Below, in pieces: positions 22,201 to 36,600 of a DNA stretch of 64,000 bases; position 1 is the first letter of the stretch; every line of letters begins with the position of its first letter. Below the pieces are notes generated by a model. It had not been told where the DNA came from, searched no databases, and was given only the letters and a program-made list of their open reading frames with translations. Source of the stretch: Paraspadella gotoi (taxonomy: Eukaryota > Animalia > Chaetognatha); the NCBI GenBank assembly GCA_051294375.1, contig CM119265.1, positions 28,582,443-28,646,442 on the forward strand, written 5' to 3'. Both the position numbers and the translations under genes were made by a program.

Positions 22201-25200
22201 GGGGGAGAGAGAGAAAAGGGGGGGAGAGAGAAAAGGGGAGAGAGAAAGGACGAAGGAAAACAAGAGAACATCTTTGTTCTGTCGGAAGAGGAACTGGGGA
22301 AAAGAGAGGTGAGGGGGTAAGAGAGGAGAAAAGGGGGGGAGAGAAAAGGGGAGAGAGGAAAGGACGAAGGAAACAAGGAGAACATCTTTGGTCTGTCGAA
22401 AGAGGAAACTGGGGAAAAGAGAGGTGAGGGGGAGAGAGAGAAAAGGGGGGAAAGGAGAAGAAAAGGGCACCCGAGAAAATGGGACGAAGGAAAACAAGAG
22501 AAATCGTTTGGTGTCTGTCGGAAGAGGAAGCTGGGGGAAAAGAGAGGTGAGGGGGGGAGGAGAGAAGAAGGGGGGGAGAGAGAAAAGGGAGAGAGAAAGG
22601 ACGAAGGAAAACAAGAAAATACTTTGTTCTGTCGGAAGAGACGTAGGGGAACAAGGAGAAGGTGAGGGGGAGAGAGTAGAAGGGAAGAGGAAAAAAAGGC
22701 GGGCAGAGCAGAAAGGAAGAAAGGAATCAAACAAGAGAGACCATCTTTGTTCTGGGTCGGAAGACGGAAGACTAGGATAGCTGGCGGGAAAAGAGAGGTG
22801 AGGGGGAGAGGAGAGAAAAGGGGGGGAGAGAGAAAAGGCGAAGAGCAGAAAGGGAGGAAGGAAACTACAAGAGAACAGTCTTTGGTGTCTGTCGAAGAGG
22901 AACTGGGGAAAATGAGGAGGTGACAGGGGGACGAAGAGAGAAAAGCGGGCGGGGAGAAGAGAGAAAATAGAGGGAGGAAGGAAAGCGACGCGACAGGAAA
23001 AAAAGAGAGACAGTCGTTGTTCTGATCGGCAAGAGGAACTAGGGGAAGAACAAGAGAGTGAAGGGGAGAGAAGGTAGAGAAAGGGGGGAGAGAAGAAAGA
23101 AACGGAGGGGAGAGAGAAGGACGGGAAGGAAACAGAGAGAACATCTTTGTGTGGTCCTCGTCTCACGGACAGAGGAACTCGGGGGAAGCAGCGAGAGGAT
23201 GAGGCTGGAGGGGAGGAGACGGAAGAGAAAGAAGAGAAGCGAAAGAGAGAGGAGGGAGGGAAGAGAGAGAGAGAAAAGGAGGGATGACAAGAAAATAGGG
23301 AGGTTGGGAGAGAGAGAGAAAAGGAGGAAGAAGAGAGGAGAAGAGGAGAGAAAGAGGAGGGGAGAAGAGAAAGAGGGAAGAAGAGGAGAGAAAAAGTAGA
23401 GAGGACGAGGATAAGGGCTAGAGATCGAGAGATGGGAGAAGAGGAGTAGAAAAAGGCGGTCAGGAGAGAGAGATAACAGAGAAGAAACGAGGAGAAGAGA
23501 GATGCGATAAGCAAAAGTACAGAAGAGTAGCAGAAGAAAACAAGGAGGAATACCAGAGTGAGAGAAAAATAGGGAAGCAGAGAGAGAGAATAGGATAAAG
23601 AATCAGAAGAAAGAGATGGAGGAGATGAGAGAGAGCCTGAGAGAACGAAGAGATGAAGAAAAAGAAAATTTAATGAAGATAACAAAACGGTAATATGAAG
23701 GAGGGATTAGCTGTAACGAATGTTGGAGAGCTAATACTAATGTCGGAATGTGCTCCCAATTTATCATTATGCCGTATTAATGGCTTAATATATAGGTTGT
23801 TATATTAATTATACATTAATTCAATCGTTAAATTAATTGATTTAATTGAGATGATAAATAATTAGATGTCCGAAGGCGGTCAATCGTATTAGGTGTGAGA
23901 GAGAGGTTAAGGCACAATTTTGATGCAGGAAATATGTTTCGTGTTTTTGATTGAATTAGTATATGTACAGATATATATATTATTAATTAATTGACTCTAA
24001 TTGATGGGTAATTTATGCTGAGTGTCATTATTATTTGTAATTCGTGATTGTATAGGTTCTCTGAAGGGAGAACATCTTGCAGTTTACATTTACAAATTAA
24101 AAGGAAAGAGAAAGAAATAGGGATGCAAATTAGGTAGGGAGAATCGAGGGTTCTGTGTGTTTTGTTGTTTTTTTCGCAGTTTGTAACCTCTTGCTTTCAG
24201 CTCAAACGATTCCATCGAGAAGCTTAATTCCGCTCAGTTTAAAGAAGTTCACAGCACTTTTTTCTACAGGCAATGAAAGTAGCGAGAGCGGGAAATTATC
24301 AAAGTGCGATGCGCCCTAAGTCAGTCTGGGTCGAGCACATCTACGGTGCATAGAATACATGGGTGTTGCAACATAGTGGGAAGATATAGATGTGTTTTTG
24401 TTTTTTTTGCTAGGTTGGTAAGAGGCTCAGTGTTGTCCAAACTAGAGGGAGGGGGGTGACGCGGAGGATTGCCGATGCGAAACTTCAGTATACAGGCCTC
24501 AATCGAGCAACGAGGGGGTGGGGCGGGACACCCTTGGGGAAGGGGTGGCCTACGCCACGATCAGGGGGGGGGGTGGGGGGGGAGGTGAGGTGGGGGGCGG
24601 GGAGGGTGGAGGGGTGAGGGGAGTGGGTGGAGGGAGGCGGGTGGGGCAAGGGAGAGTGTTATATTGCGCAAATGCCATTGGGGCGCGAGATGGGTGAGAG
24701 AGTGCAGATTGAAGTGTTGTGGTGTGTGTTTGGTGTGCTAGAGGTGGACGGGTGAGGCTGTAGTTGTGTGGAGGGGAGCGGTGTGGGGGAGGGCGAGGTG
24801 GACAGACAGGAGCGCAAGGAGAGCACAGTACGGGAGGGAGGCTGAGCGGACTCGGTGGACATCATGTTTATTTTTTTGTTTGCAGTAATGTTAGTCATGA
24901 AGATTGAGGGATGTTGCTGACAGGTGATAGGGTAGAGGGGACTGCACGGCTTAGGTGGCAATGATTGGGGAGTGTGTATGGGACGGTGTGGGGGGGTGGG
25001 GTGCGGAGCCGAGTGAGGTGTATTCCGTTAGAGCTGTGGAGCGGGGGGTGTAGGAGCCGACAGGAATGTGTGAATTATAGGGAGAGTCAGGAAGGCTGCT
25101 GAAGAGCAGAATCCGTACTAAAAAGGTTGGGTAAAAAGGGAGAAGAAAGAAAATTTATAATTACCTGTAGAAATTAGGAGAGGATGAAAGGGGAAAAATG

Positions 25201-28200
25201 AGTGTGAGGAGGATAGAGAAGTAGTTTGAGTTCATTATATTTTTATATATAGGTGATCGAGTGGGGTTTGATGAGGAATGAGTGAAGGTGGGAAGATTAA
25301 ATGGTAAAGTAGTAGTGATATATGTGGGGGAAGTTATAGATTAGAGTTTATTGAGCTGAAGAGTGCGTGAGTGTGGGGGGGGTGGTTGGAGTGTGTGTGT
25401 GTGTGTGTGAGTCGGTCGAGTGTCCCATGGAGGTGGGTGTGCATTACTGTGCGTGTCCAACTCGATAAGATTTGGTAGAAGTGGGGGCAGTTCAATGGAA
25501 TGTTGAGTCAGCGGGATTCATGGTGGGGGGGGGAGCGTGGGTGGTTTCAGGTTGTGTGTATTAGCATTATCTATAATCACGTGTGCGAGTTGAAGCGCGT
25601 GGTAGTGTGGTGTGTTCATGGGAGAGAGTCAGATTGTGTGCAGAGTGCGTTTGCGTGTAGGTGTGATATTTTAACAAAATTAAAAAAATCATTAAATTTA
25701 AAAATCTAGTGGGTGCAGGCAATTTGTCAAGTATTTTATGATCAAGCATTGCAAACGTGCATCAAACAATGTAAATTTTCATAATCAACATAGGTATTTT
25801 GAAATTTGAGTTTATTATTAGTATAGAGGGGAGGGTGGTGGGGGATTAATAGACTATTGATCTGGTTGGTAAATTTAACGATGAATACAATTTGTTAAAT
25901 TGAGGTTGGGACAATTGTTAGAGGTTAAATGCGTTCGAGACGAAGCACAATATGCACTGGGTTCTGCGAATCTGATCTAAAGACATAATGAAGTGCAATA
26001 GTAATATATATCATTAGTAGGTAGAGGTTACTATAGTGTATAATTATATTATAGGATTAATACTCATCGCAGAATAATTCAATTCCTACTGCCCAAGTAG
26101 TAGAGAACGGATCGGAGGAATGCGAGAAGTCTCCGCCGATATGGGAATTCGCCGAAATCATGATTGTGTCGATGACGGTAATCCTGGCCTCGAGCCATGC
26201 AGCATTGCAGAAACCAGTGAAATTGTAAACAATAGCTCCTCATAGGCTGGGAGTTTCTCTGATCCTCTCTTCGACAGATTATAATAAATACGACCCTGCT
26301 TTCTTCTTATTTCAGTACCGAATTGATGCTGACTCCGTGTGTGTCTCAAAGGTGTCACCGTCATTGTAATATTGTCTCAGAAGATAAATAGCTCCCGTTT
26401 CGATTTCGACACATAGAAGAATCCATGGAGTTTTTCCTTCGATGATATAATACATAGAATCGTAACACTAGAATCGCAACCACGAATAAAGGATGTCAAT
26501 ACACATTCTGCAATCGATTTTCAGCCTTTTAAGATGTCATCCAATCGACTTCAATCCTATAGATTCTCAGGAAAAAAAATGTCGATACGCCTAGATGATG
26601 CTCATTGCAATCAATTCCAAACCTTGAATTCGCGCAGGCGATGGAGCGTACGCCGCCAGGAAGTATCCTTACCAGAAGATAATCATCACCAAAACAGGTA
26701 CGCGGTCCCTTTAGAGGTAAAGATTGGACTATCCTAATAATGGTGTTGATGACTCATTCTCGTTGGATGAGGCGGTAAGTGTGGCTAACTATAAACTTGT
26801 ATCTTCTGGTGACCGTATCGTGGCATGGCAATGGAGGCGGGGTCTGGGCTTGGAATCCCGAGGAGCTGTCACTATTGAGGGTCTTTTTTTTCCGGCCATC
26901 AATGGCGGTTGTTTACTGAGATCGTGTCCTGATGCGACGCTAGGTCTGGCAGTATATGGTACAAAATTGGCGGCGGGATCGATCTCGGTTGCAATTGGGG
27001 GATCGATCTCGGTACAGTACGTAGTTGGGGATGCGATCTCGGTACCGGAATTGGGGATTTGTGTGATGCTTCGGTAATTATTGGGTGATTCATGGATCTC
27101 AGGTACAAATTGTGGGGGATAGGTATCTCAGGTGACAGTTGGGGATCGATCCTCGGTACCCTCGAATTGGTCGATGTGCTGATGGTAATTAGTCAGATAC
27201 AGTCACGTCTGAATTATGTTCATTTTCGAGTTAAAGTGATGAAAATAAATTAGCATAGTACTAGAACAATAAAAAATAAAAGCATGCCAATAAAGAAATA
27301 TCTACGTTATGTGAATCTTTTATTTTTCTAATATTTATACATTAGTGTGCGCAGTGAGCAAAGTATTGTATAAGTATAAGTATAATGAACTAATCAGAAG
27401 TAAACTCTAAGTGGCTAAAATTTCAAAATTAAATTTTTTTTTAATTTTACAGAAACAGGTGTGTTGGATTCCAATGTAAAAAAATTGATAATAAGAAAGT
27501 ATCGACATTGTTTTTTTTCGTGCAACCATATAAATATATCACCATGGGCGATCATTTAATAAAGTAAGGCTATAATAATATATTTGCTGTGAATTAACAG
27601 GATGCCCAATGATATTTCAAGTTTTCATTCAGGCGATAAAAATAAAGTTTTTTTGTAATTTTTAAAAACATAACCACTACTGTAAGGTTTATATGAATTA
27701 TTTTGAAAAAAGATAATATGATTGGGCTTAAACCAACTTTAAGATGAGCGAATTCTGGAGGTCGTGTCTGGTTTCTAAGAACCTTTTAGCAAGCAATGCG
27801 TTTCATCTTTTATCTATTGTCTGTTTTGTTCTTGCATCGGTTTTTTTTCAAAAAAATTCGTTTACATTGCAAGCTGCAGTAAATTACTGTTCTATATGAA
27901 TTAGTGTGGACAAGAACTCGTTCAGAATATAAGGACTATTGAGCTCCTTGGATCAGTGCTGTGAACAACCAAGGTGGTTAACAGGCGAGTTACAGCTGTG
28001 CGTCGTCGTCCTTCTTAACTTACGTGTGAGGAGGCTGAGCTGTTTGCGGGCACGCGAGATGAGGCTATTGAGATCATGCACCGGATCCTTTTTGGTGCTT
28101 TTTGGGATGGTGGTTCTCGACATCGACTTGCTCCTGGCACCAATGGACGGCTGATAGAACAGGTTGGTAGATAGTCGTTCACCTATAACGGTTGTGTTGG

Positions 28201-31200
28201 TATTCGATGCCTTCGGCCCTGTAGTTTGTGGTTATTTTTGTAGTGGGTTGCTTTGTTAGAGTGCGCGCTGTTGGGGTTTTTCGCGGTGCCGCAAGGGAGA
28301 AGGGTCTGGTATACGTCTCCTGTCATAGTGTCAGATTTGTTGTGTTATTGTTAGGATTAGTGAATAAGTTCGTTACTCCAGGTTGACGGCAGTGTCGCTT
28401 CTGATGGTGTAGTTCCCGGGACACATGTTTTGTATCGCCCTTAGGTATGAGGCATGCCTCCTAGAAAGTGTGTTGGCTGGGGCTGTTGTGTTGCGGGTGG
28501 TAAATTGCGGGACTTCACTAAGTGAATGAGTAACAGTAATTATTGTTGATACTAGGTTGTTATGTTGAGCTCAGAGAACTGTTCAAGGTATACAGCTCAG
28601 GTCGCCTCGAGGCTTAATAAGATCACGCCGGTGTTACAAGAAGGGGTTAAGGTTACCGGTCCCTATCTTAAGCTTGATTACAGGAGGCGGACTACAATCC
28701 TCCTATGGGCTAATGGACGCGGGTTGCTGTCGAACCTTTTGAGCTTGGGGAGGGTCGAGATGACTTCCATCCATAGCTATACATTCCGGATGTATGATGG
28801 CAAATGGACGGCGCTGATCGGAAGTCAGGCGTTTGGTACACTCAGTACATATTACGATAAAGTGTAAATTAGAGTCGAATCTAATGGCAAAGTTTTCAGA
28901 TACAATTTGAAGCTTATTTTATATACATTAATTTATATATTGTTAATTTACCGCTATATGCCAGGTCAAGAGTCAAGTGGAAAGATAGCTTTATTTAATA
29001 AACATGAATGGATAAGAGTTTGTAATATTGTTTGTACTAATTGTCATTTACCATTTTTGGATTTGGGAACAATTTAGGTGTGGACTTCAAAGACACAGAG
29101 TCGAGGGAAAGTTTCATTTTCTAGTCAAGGAGCCGCCTAGATGAATCTTTTCAAAAATTTTCACAGGTATGTCAAGTTGTGTTTTTTTGTTCTTTAAATA
29201 TCACTGAACATCGTATTCGGTATGTTCGAGTAAGTATTTAACTGATTGTACTTAAGTTGGCGCGCGGCAGCGAGGGCATTTGTTGTTAGGATGGAGGACA
29301 GAGATGGTAGGTACGGTGTGGAATGACAAATGGGACGGGAAGTGAGGCGGAGGGAAAGAGGAGGCTAGAAGTAAGAATTGGGTGAAAGTTTGCGGAAGAC
29401 AAGAAAAAATGGTGATCGATGACTTTCAAATGAGTGTAAGTTGGACAGTGCTGTGAATCGATTGATTGTGAAAACGATGTCAGACTCGTTGGCCTAAATC
29501 GGTCGTGATTGCTTTTCTTTTATGTATTTTCTAAATTGTTTTCAGAATGTTTACTTTCACGTGAGAGGGGGGGGGAGGCTGGTTAAAGAAGACTGTGATA
29601 TTTTTTGAGGATCGAAGATTTGAAATGTAAAATTTATGACTTTTTTCGTTGTAAAATAATGTTTGCGGCAAGTTTTCCCTTGTATTAATTGATTGGTTAA
29701 ATTTTCATCCTCATAGAAATCCTTAGTGGAGTAGTACGGTTATTAGCTGTTTACAGAGGAAATAAAAAATTATTATCACGGCATTCTATGAATGATACTT
29801 TTGCCAAAGGTCAAATGTCGTCGGAATAAAAGTTTACAGGTTTAAAAATGTATTTTTTCGAGAAGAAGAAAATAATAGAATAAGGAGAAAGAAAGAACAT
29901 AACAGAAAAGAAGAAACAGGAATGATTGAAAGAAAGAGAGTAAGAGAAGATATATAACAAAAAGAGAAAAAGTGGACCAGCATAAGAAGATATAGAGAGG
30001 GCCAGATGGATAAACCGAACTAGACGAAGACGGACCGACGACTGACCGACGAACTAGCACGGTGATGACGAGGACGGACGATGATGAACGGGTAAGACAG
30101 AAGGACCTGACGAGTGATTGACGATGACGACGATTTGAGACGCGTCGAATGACGATCAAAGAAAGAAAAAGTGTAAGAAGATGGACATAAAAAACAGAAA
30201 GGTTAACAAGTACAATTAGTTTCTGCCTCATACCTGTCCTGCTCGTGTTCGGCGAGCATCGTCAGTTGGCGGTCTCACTCTCTCTCAGGTCTCTCATATG
30301 GATCTCTCGGGAGGCGTCTATTCCTTGGATAGTGCTGAAGTCAGTCTACTCCGGCCTCCCTGCCTCGCTCGCTTTCTCTCCTCTTGGGCTCGTTCTCCTG
30401 CTCTGCTCCGGGGCGTTCCTCGGTCTCGGGGCGGGGCGTCAGCATCGGTACTATCTGATGGTGATCGTCGTGGGCTTGCTGCCTCTCTCTCGTCTTTCTC
30501 TCGTTCGAGACGCGTGAATGTCGATCAGGGTGCCTTCTCAATCGCGTGGGCTTTACTCCTTCTCCGTCTCTGCTTCGAGTCGAGCGATCGGCCGTTCCGA
30601 ATGGGCTGACGTGGTGGGGATATGGTGGGGAGAGTAGTGATCTGTGTCTCTGGTTGTCATGCCATCTGGTGTGTCGAGGTCTGAGGAAAGGGTGAGAGGT
30701 AGTGAGGTCTCGTTCATCTCTGGGCTGGTCTTTAAAAAGAAAAAAATCACAAGCGTAAGAAAGAAGACAATCGACGACGGGTCGTGAGAGCGGTCTCTCT
30801 TCTCTCTCTTTTCTCTCAGTCTCATTCCTATTGGTGGGGTGGGATCTGGGGCTTTGCAATAGGTGGTGTTGGTTTCAGCTCGTCTCGTCGTCGATCGTGC
30901 GTCTGGGAGTCGGGGTCTCAGGTAGATCTTCCTCTGCTGCTGCTCTCATCCTCTGCTCGTTCATCGTCCGCACCTCGCTTCTCACTTCTCTTCAGTAATC
31001 TTCGGCTCTCGTTCTCTGTCTCCTTAGATAGTGAACAAGAATGACAAGACCTAGACGAGCTAAATCTCTCTGACATCGGCTCGGATTGTGTTTAGAAAAA
31101 TTTTGTTGTACGTAACGCTTTGTCATTCTAGTTTTAGTTGATTGACTTGTTATTTTTCGGATTCTCGTATAATGTTGTTTAAGTTTTGCTGTAGATCTTT

Positions 31201-33605
31201 ACCAGAACATGGTTTTCGCTCCGCCTGTTGCAATTTTTTATTAAGCTGCCAATGACTTGTGAATGTGGATATCAGCTGGGTCTCTATAGAATAGAAGAAA
31301 TACTTGGCAGATTAATTCACGTTGCTTCTGAGATCTTTGTTCCCCCGCTGATGCTTTTTTTTGTATTTTTCCTTTTTTTTTTTTCTTCTTCTTTTTTGTT
31401 TTATGGTGAGTCAACCATTTAGTGGATTTTTGAACGGGATGAAGATAGATTTTTGCAACCATACTCCCTGCGCGCAATGTGATTTGGTTTTGGCTCTCTT
31501 ATCTTCTTCACCACACAACACCAAAATATTCAGTTTGGCTATGATTAACAATGATGTGATAATGAATAGAGTACATCTATGAACTTCAGTATTACTTATA
31601 AGGGTTTGGAGAGTGATTATGACTAATTATGTAATATATACAATACGTACAAATTATCTGCGCAAAAGACTTGACAGCTGGACGAAGATAAACCCGACGA
31701 CGAGTGTTCAAGCGACTCGACTGCACGATGCCGAGGGACGATGGCAGGGTGGGGAGAAGGAGGAGAGTGGGTTCATTGTTAAATCTGTGGAGCTGACGAC
31801 GAACAAACGAGCGACGAGCGCGATCGACGACGCACGAAAAACAATTTCCTCACTTTGATCGTGATGCCGGCGAATTCGAATCCGTGATCCAGGCATCGAT
31901 AGCACTGTTCGGCGTTTCAGTGGTTGGTTCGGGTGATTTCACGTTGATTGTTAGTGAGGTGAGTGGATTATCTATTGTTTAATATAGCAGAAAAAGTCGT
32001 TTGTTATTGAAAATCCAGTGACGAAAACGTAAGTATAGGTATGGGAGCATATTTCGAGACTAAGCGTGTTGATCCAAGGTGGACGGTACTGTTAATTGAG
32101 TGTCGGTCTGGTTTAGTAGTTCTCGTAAAAGTCTTATTTTAATAGAGTTAGGTTAAAAGTATTGATGTGAAAAGTTTGTACATTCCTCAGTGCTAGGCGC
32201 GCATGTATTCGTCAAGGTTAGCGAACGGATAGAAGTAAGAACTTCGTTTTGCAAATGAAGCGGTTCCGCGAGCTGAGGAGATTTGTCTCTCTAGCTGCAC
32301 GGTGCCAAAATGAACACAAGTCGCAACAAATTAATATTGAAATAAAAAAAGACAAAACGTGGACAATTAAAAAGTAAATTAAAGGGGTGTAATAAAAGAT
32401 AAGATGGATTTTTTCGTTCAAGACAAACATACAATTTCTTCGATAGGAAATTTGCGATGGTGCGGAAACGTATTTTGGTTTTTCTTGAGAAATTTTAATT
32501 GGAATCGATCTGAAACTGGAGAATTATGTCTTCGTGTGCATTGACGAAGGAGAATTGGGTATCGTAATACATTTAATATATTAAGCATAGTAAATTGAAG
32601 ACCATTTTGGATTTTATCATTGGCGGTTACGGCTACATTAGGCGAAGAAAGTAAGGGGGTTGTTGGGTTCGTGGTTGTAGATAAGGGATGGGAAAATGGA
32701 GTATTTCTTATCTTAGTATGGTCTTTAACGTTTGGGTAACCTGATATAAGATCATGAATAAATTATTTCGAGAGTCTGTCCTCCGCTGTAAGTTTAATGA
32801 GAGTTTTATGTTAGTGTGCAATAAGTGATAGAGTTGGAGCACATACATCGAGCGGGCACAACAAGAGTGAATAAGAAATAAACGTTGAGCAAGATTGGAG
32901 GGATGACGGCTAAGTGAGGACGGGGATAAGTAGCAACTACTCGAGCGCGTGACGGATAAAGAATAACGTAGAAGCTACAGTAGAGAGTATTATATTTCTT
33001 GGGCTATAGAGAGTTTCTAAATAGGAAACATCGGTAAGAAAAGGACTGTGTATTTTTCGTTCGTCAGAGGGTGTAACAACGTTTGTCAGTGGGAGATCGG
33101 TTCATAGCTAATTTTGAACATTTATAAATGTCAGGTGTATCCACCACATTGCTCTAGAGGTTATGATGCTTTGACCCATCGCATGGCTCTAGCCAAAGAT
33201 CGTTACGAATTCCATTATTGTATGGCTTAATTTATTGGTACAGGATAATTATCTTTCTAACGAAAGTCTCCTGTGTAAGACTTCAGCAGCGCANNNNNNN
33301 NNNNNNNNNNNNNNNNNNTGAGAGAGCCAGGCAGCGAGAGCAGAGTGAGAAGAGAGAGCAGAGCGCAAAGAGAGAGAAGGGGGGAAAGAGATAAAGATGA
33401 GAGAAGAGAGGGACGGAGCGAGAGAGAGATACGAGAGAGATATAGAGAGAGAGACGGATGAAGGAGGAGAAGGAGGGAGGGGGAGAGAGAGAGAAAAGGG
33501 GAGAGAGAGAGAGAGAAAAGAGGAGAGAGAGAAAGAAAAGAGAAGAGAGAGAAGAAAAAAAGGAGGAAAGAGTGAGAGAAAATAGGAAGAGAGAGAGAGA
33601 TAGAT

Positions 33606-33650
<45 letters not shown>

Positions 33651-36600
33651 AGAAAGAAAAATGAGATAAAAAGTCAATATGACAGGATATTAACAAGTTT
33701 GAGCAAACAATGTCGGATCTGCCTACTTATTCATTTATCGTTTAGAGTTAATTAATTAATTAATTTAATAATTAATTCAAGTTAATTTATTAGTTTAATT
33801 AATTAATATTAATTCAAGTCAATTATTTAAATAATTAGGCAATTTGATCCAAAATGTCTGTTTGATTGTTATTGGACAGATTAGTTAGTTGAGTTATTAA
33901 TTGACTAATTGATTAGAGTAACTGATTATTATATTTGATTAATTATACATTTGCTTTACATTTAAAATAAAAAGAAAAGAAGCATAATCAATTAGTGAAA
34001 CAGGTTCTGTTTTTTTCCATTAAACTCCATTTCCCACCAAACGATTCCATCGAACTTATTTCCAGTTTAACACACACTTTCTAGACAAGGATGAGCAAAA
34101 TTTCAAGTGCAATCGCCCTGATCCACTCATGAATAATTGGGTGTCAAATAGTGAAATATATTTTTTGTTGTTTTTTCTATTAAACTCATTTCCACTCGCA
34201 CGATTCCATCGAAACTTCATATAACGAGCTCAATCACACCCTTCCCTACCCACACACAAAATTTAGCGAACCATCCATACAATCACGAGTAATTGGTTTT
34301 TTTGCTAGGTGGACGGACGGATGGACGGACGGACGGACAGACAGACAAACACAGACAGACGGACGGACGGACATCATTTTTTTTGCATAATTTATCATAA
34401 TTAGATGTTCTGACATGATATAAGTGACTGCCCGACAATATTGAGGGGGCGGACCGACGGACCGACGGACCGACAAAGTGAATTATAGAGTCAGGATCTG
34501 CTGAAAGCAGATCCGACTAAAAAGTTTAAAAAAGAGAAGAAAAAAATTAAATTACTTAAAATTAAAATAAAAAAGAAATAAAAGGAAGAGTAAAAAATAG
34601 TTCAAATAAAAGTATTTTATTATTATATTTTATATATAATATATTATAAATAAATTAAAAATTTAAATATAGATATAAATTATATATTTTATTACTAAAT
34701 GCTATTGTTATTTTTTTTATCGCAGGTCATTTTCATCGACTTCGTCAACGATAAATTGAGAAGCAGTAAGTTTATCACATTCATACTTTTCAGTTTTGTC
34801 ATTATCATCATCACTTCATCAACCCTTATTTTTTCATAAATCATTTTCAATCTTTCTTATTTTAAATTTAAATTAAAAAAAAAATTAAATTTAAAATCTA
34901 GGCATCATTTCAATATTAAATTATATCAACATTAAAACGTCATCAAACAATTAATTTTCATAATCAACATATAGTTTAAATTTAGTTTATTATAGTATAA
35001 GAACTATTTTTGTAATTTAAAGAATAAATTTTTAATTGGATTGGGACAATTTTAAGGTTAACGTTCAGAACACATAATCACTGGTCTCAATCATCTAAGC
35101 AAATCAAGTGCATTAATATATACATTATATATATTATATTATATTATATATATTAATATATAAATTGTACATAAATCCACCAATAAAATGTCCAATAACA
35201 TTTGCAATCGATTTCAGCCTTTACAATGTCATCAATCGATTTCAATCCTAATGATCTCAGAAAAAAATTCCAACCCTAATGATCTCAGCAATCAATTCCA
35301 ACCTTAATTCGCGCAGGCGACTACGACGCCGCCGAAGATCCTTCCAAAATTAAATCCATCAAAACAGGACGCGGTCCTTTAAGTCAAGATTGGACATCTA
35401 ATTGCGCGCCAATGATGTGCGCATATAAACTTGTCACAGCGGATTTTATATGGTAAGGTTGTGATGCACATCTTTGGATGAGGCGGTAAGTGTGCTGAAG
35501 ACTATTAACTGTATCTTCTGTGACCCCTCGGCTGCAATGGAGCGGGTCCTGGGCTTGGAACCAGGCTTGAGGGTTTTTCCGGCCTCCAAGGCGGTTTACA
35601 ACCGTCTGTCACGCTACCCGCAGTATAGGTACAATTGGGGATCGATCTCGGTGCAATTGGGGATCGATCTCGTACAATTGGGGATCGATCTCGGTACCAT
35701 TGGGGATCGATCTCGGTACAATTGGGGATCGATCTCGGTAAAATTGGGGATCGATCTCGATACAATTAGGGATCGATCCCGGTACCAAATTGTCATGTGC
35801 TGATGGTATTAGTCAATAAGTCACGTCTGAATTAGTTATTTTCGTTAAAGTGATGAAAATAAAATTTAGCATATAGAACATAAAAAATAAAGCACAATAA
35901 AAATACCTACGTATGTGAATTTATTTTCTAATTTTATACATTAGTGTGCACCAGTGAGCAATATTTATATATAGTAATAACTAATAAGTATATAATTGGC
36001 TAAAATTTCAAAATTAAATTTTTTTTAATTTTAAGAACAGGTTTGGATTCCATGTAAAAAAATTGATATAAGAAAGTATAATTGTTTTTTCGTACAACCA
36101 ATATAAAAATTATCCATTCATTTAATAAATAAGCTATAATAAATAAGCTGTGATTAAAGATGCCAATTTTCAATTTTCAGCTTAAAAATAAAGTTTTTTT
36201 GTAATTTTAACCTACTAAAGGTTATAATTTTTGAAAAAGATATATATTTTCTTAAACAACTTTAAATGAGGAATCTGAATCTGTTCTAAGAATTTTTAAA
36301 AAATGTTTCATTCTTTTATTATGTTTTTTTTTCCCTTTTTTTTCAAATGTAAATGCAAGCTGCAGTAATTACTGTTATATGTTAGTGACAAAACCGTTCA
36401 ATATAAGCAGTCCTTGAGCTTTGGATCAGGCTGTAACACCATGTTACAGGCGGGTTAAGTGCCCCGTCCTTCTTAACTGCGAGGCGGCCACCGGGCTAGA
36501 ACCCCGGACCTTTGGGTTGGGAGGCGAATGACTTGCCTCCGGCACCAATGGCCGCTGATGAACGGTTGGTAGATAATAGTTCACCATACATCCTCCCCAC

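Noticed and set aside
22031-23685. Long ORFs of 207-537 aa on the minus strand
   Set aside because: Low-complexity translations of the GA-rich minisatellite
23200-33293. Second, degenerate set of PITP exons, G-rich tracts and many ORFs
   Set aside because: Colinear noisy duplicate of 33320-40035; G-rich and GC-rich stretches correspond to miscalled microsatellite or AT-rich regions
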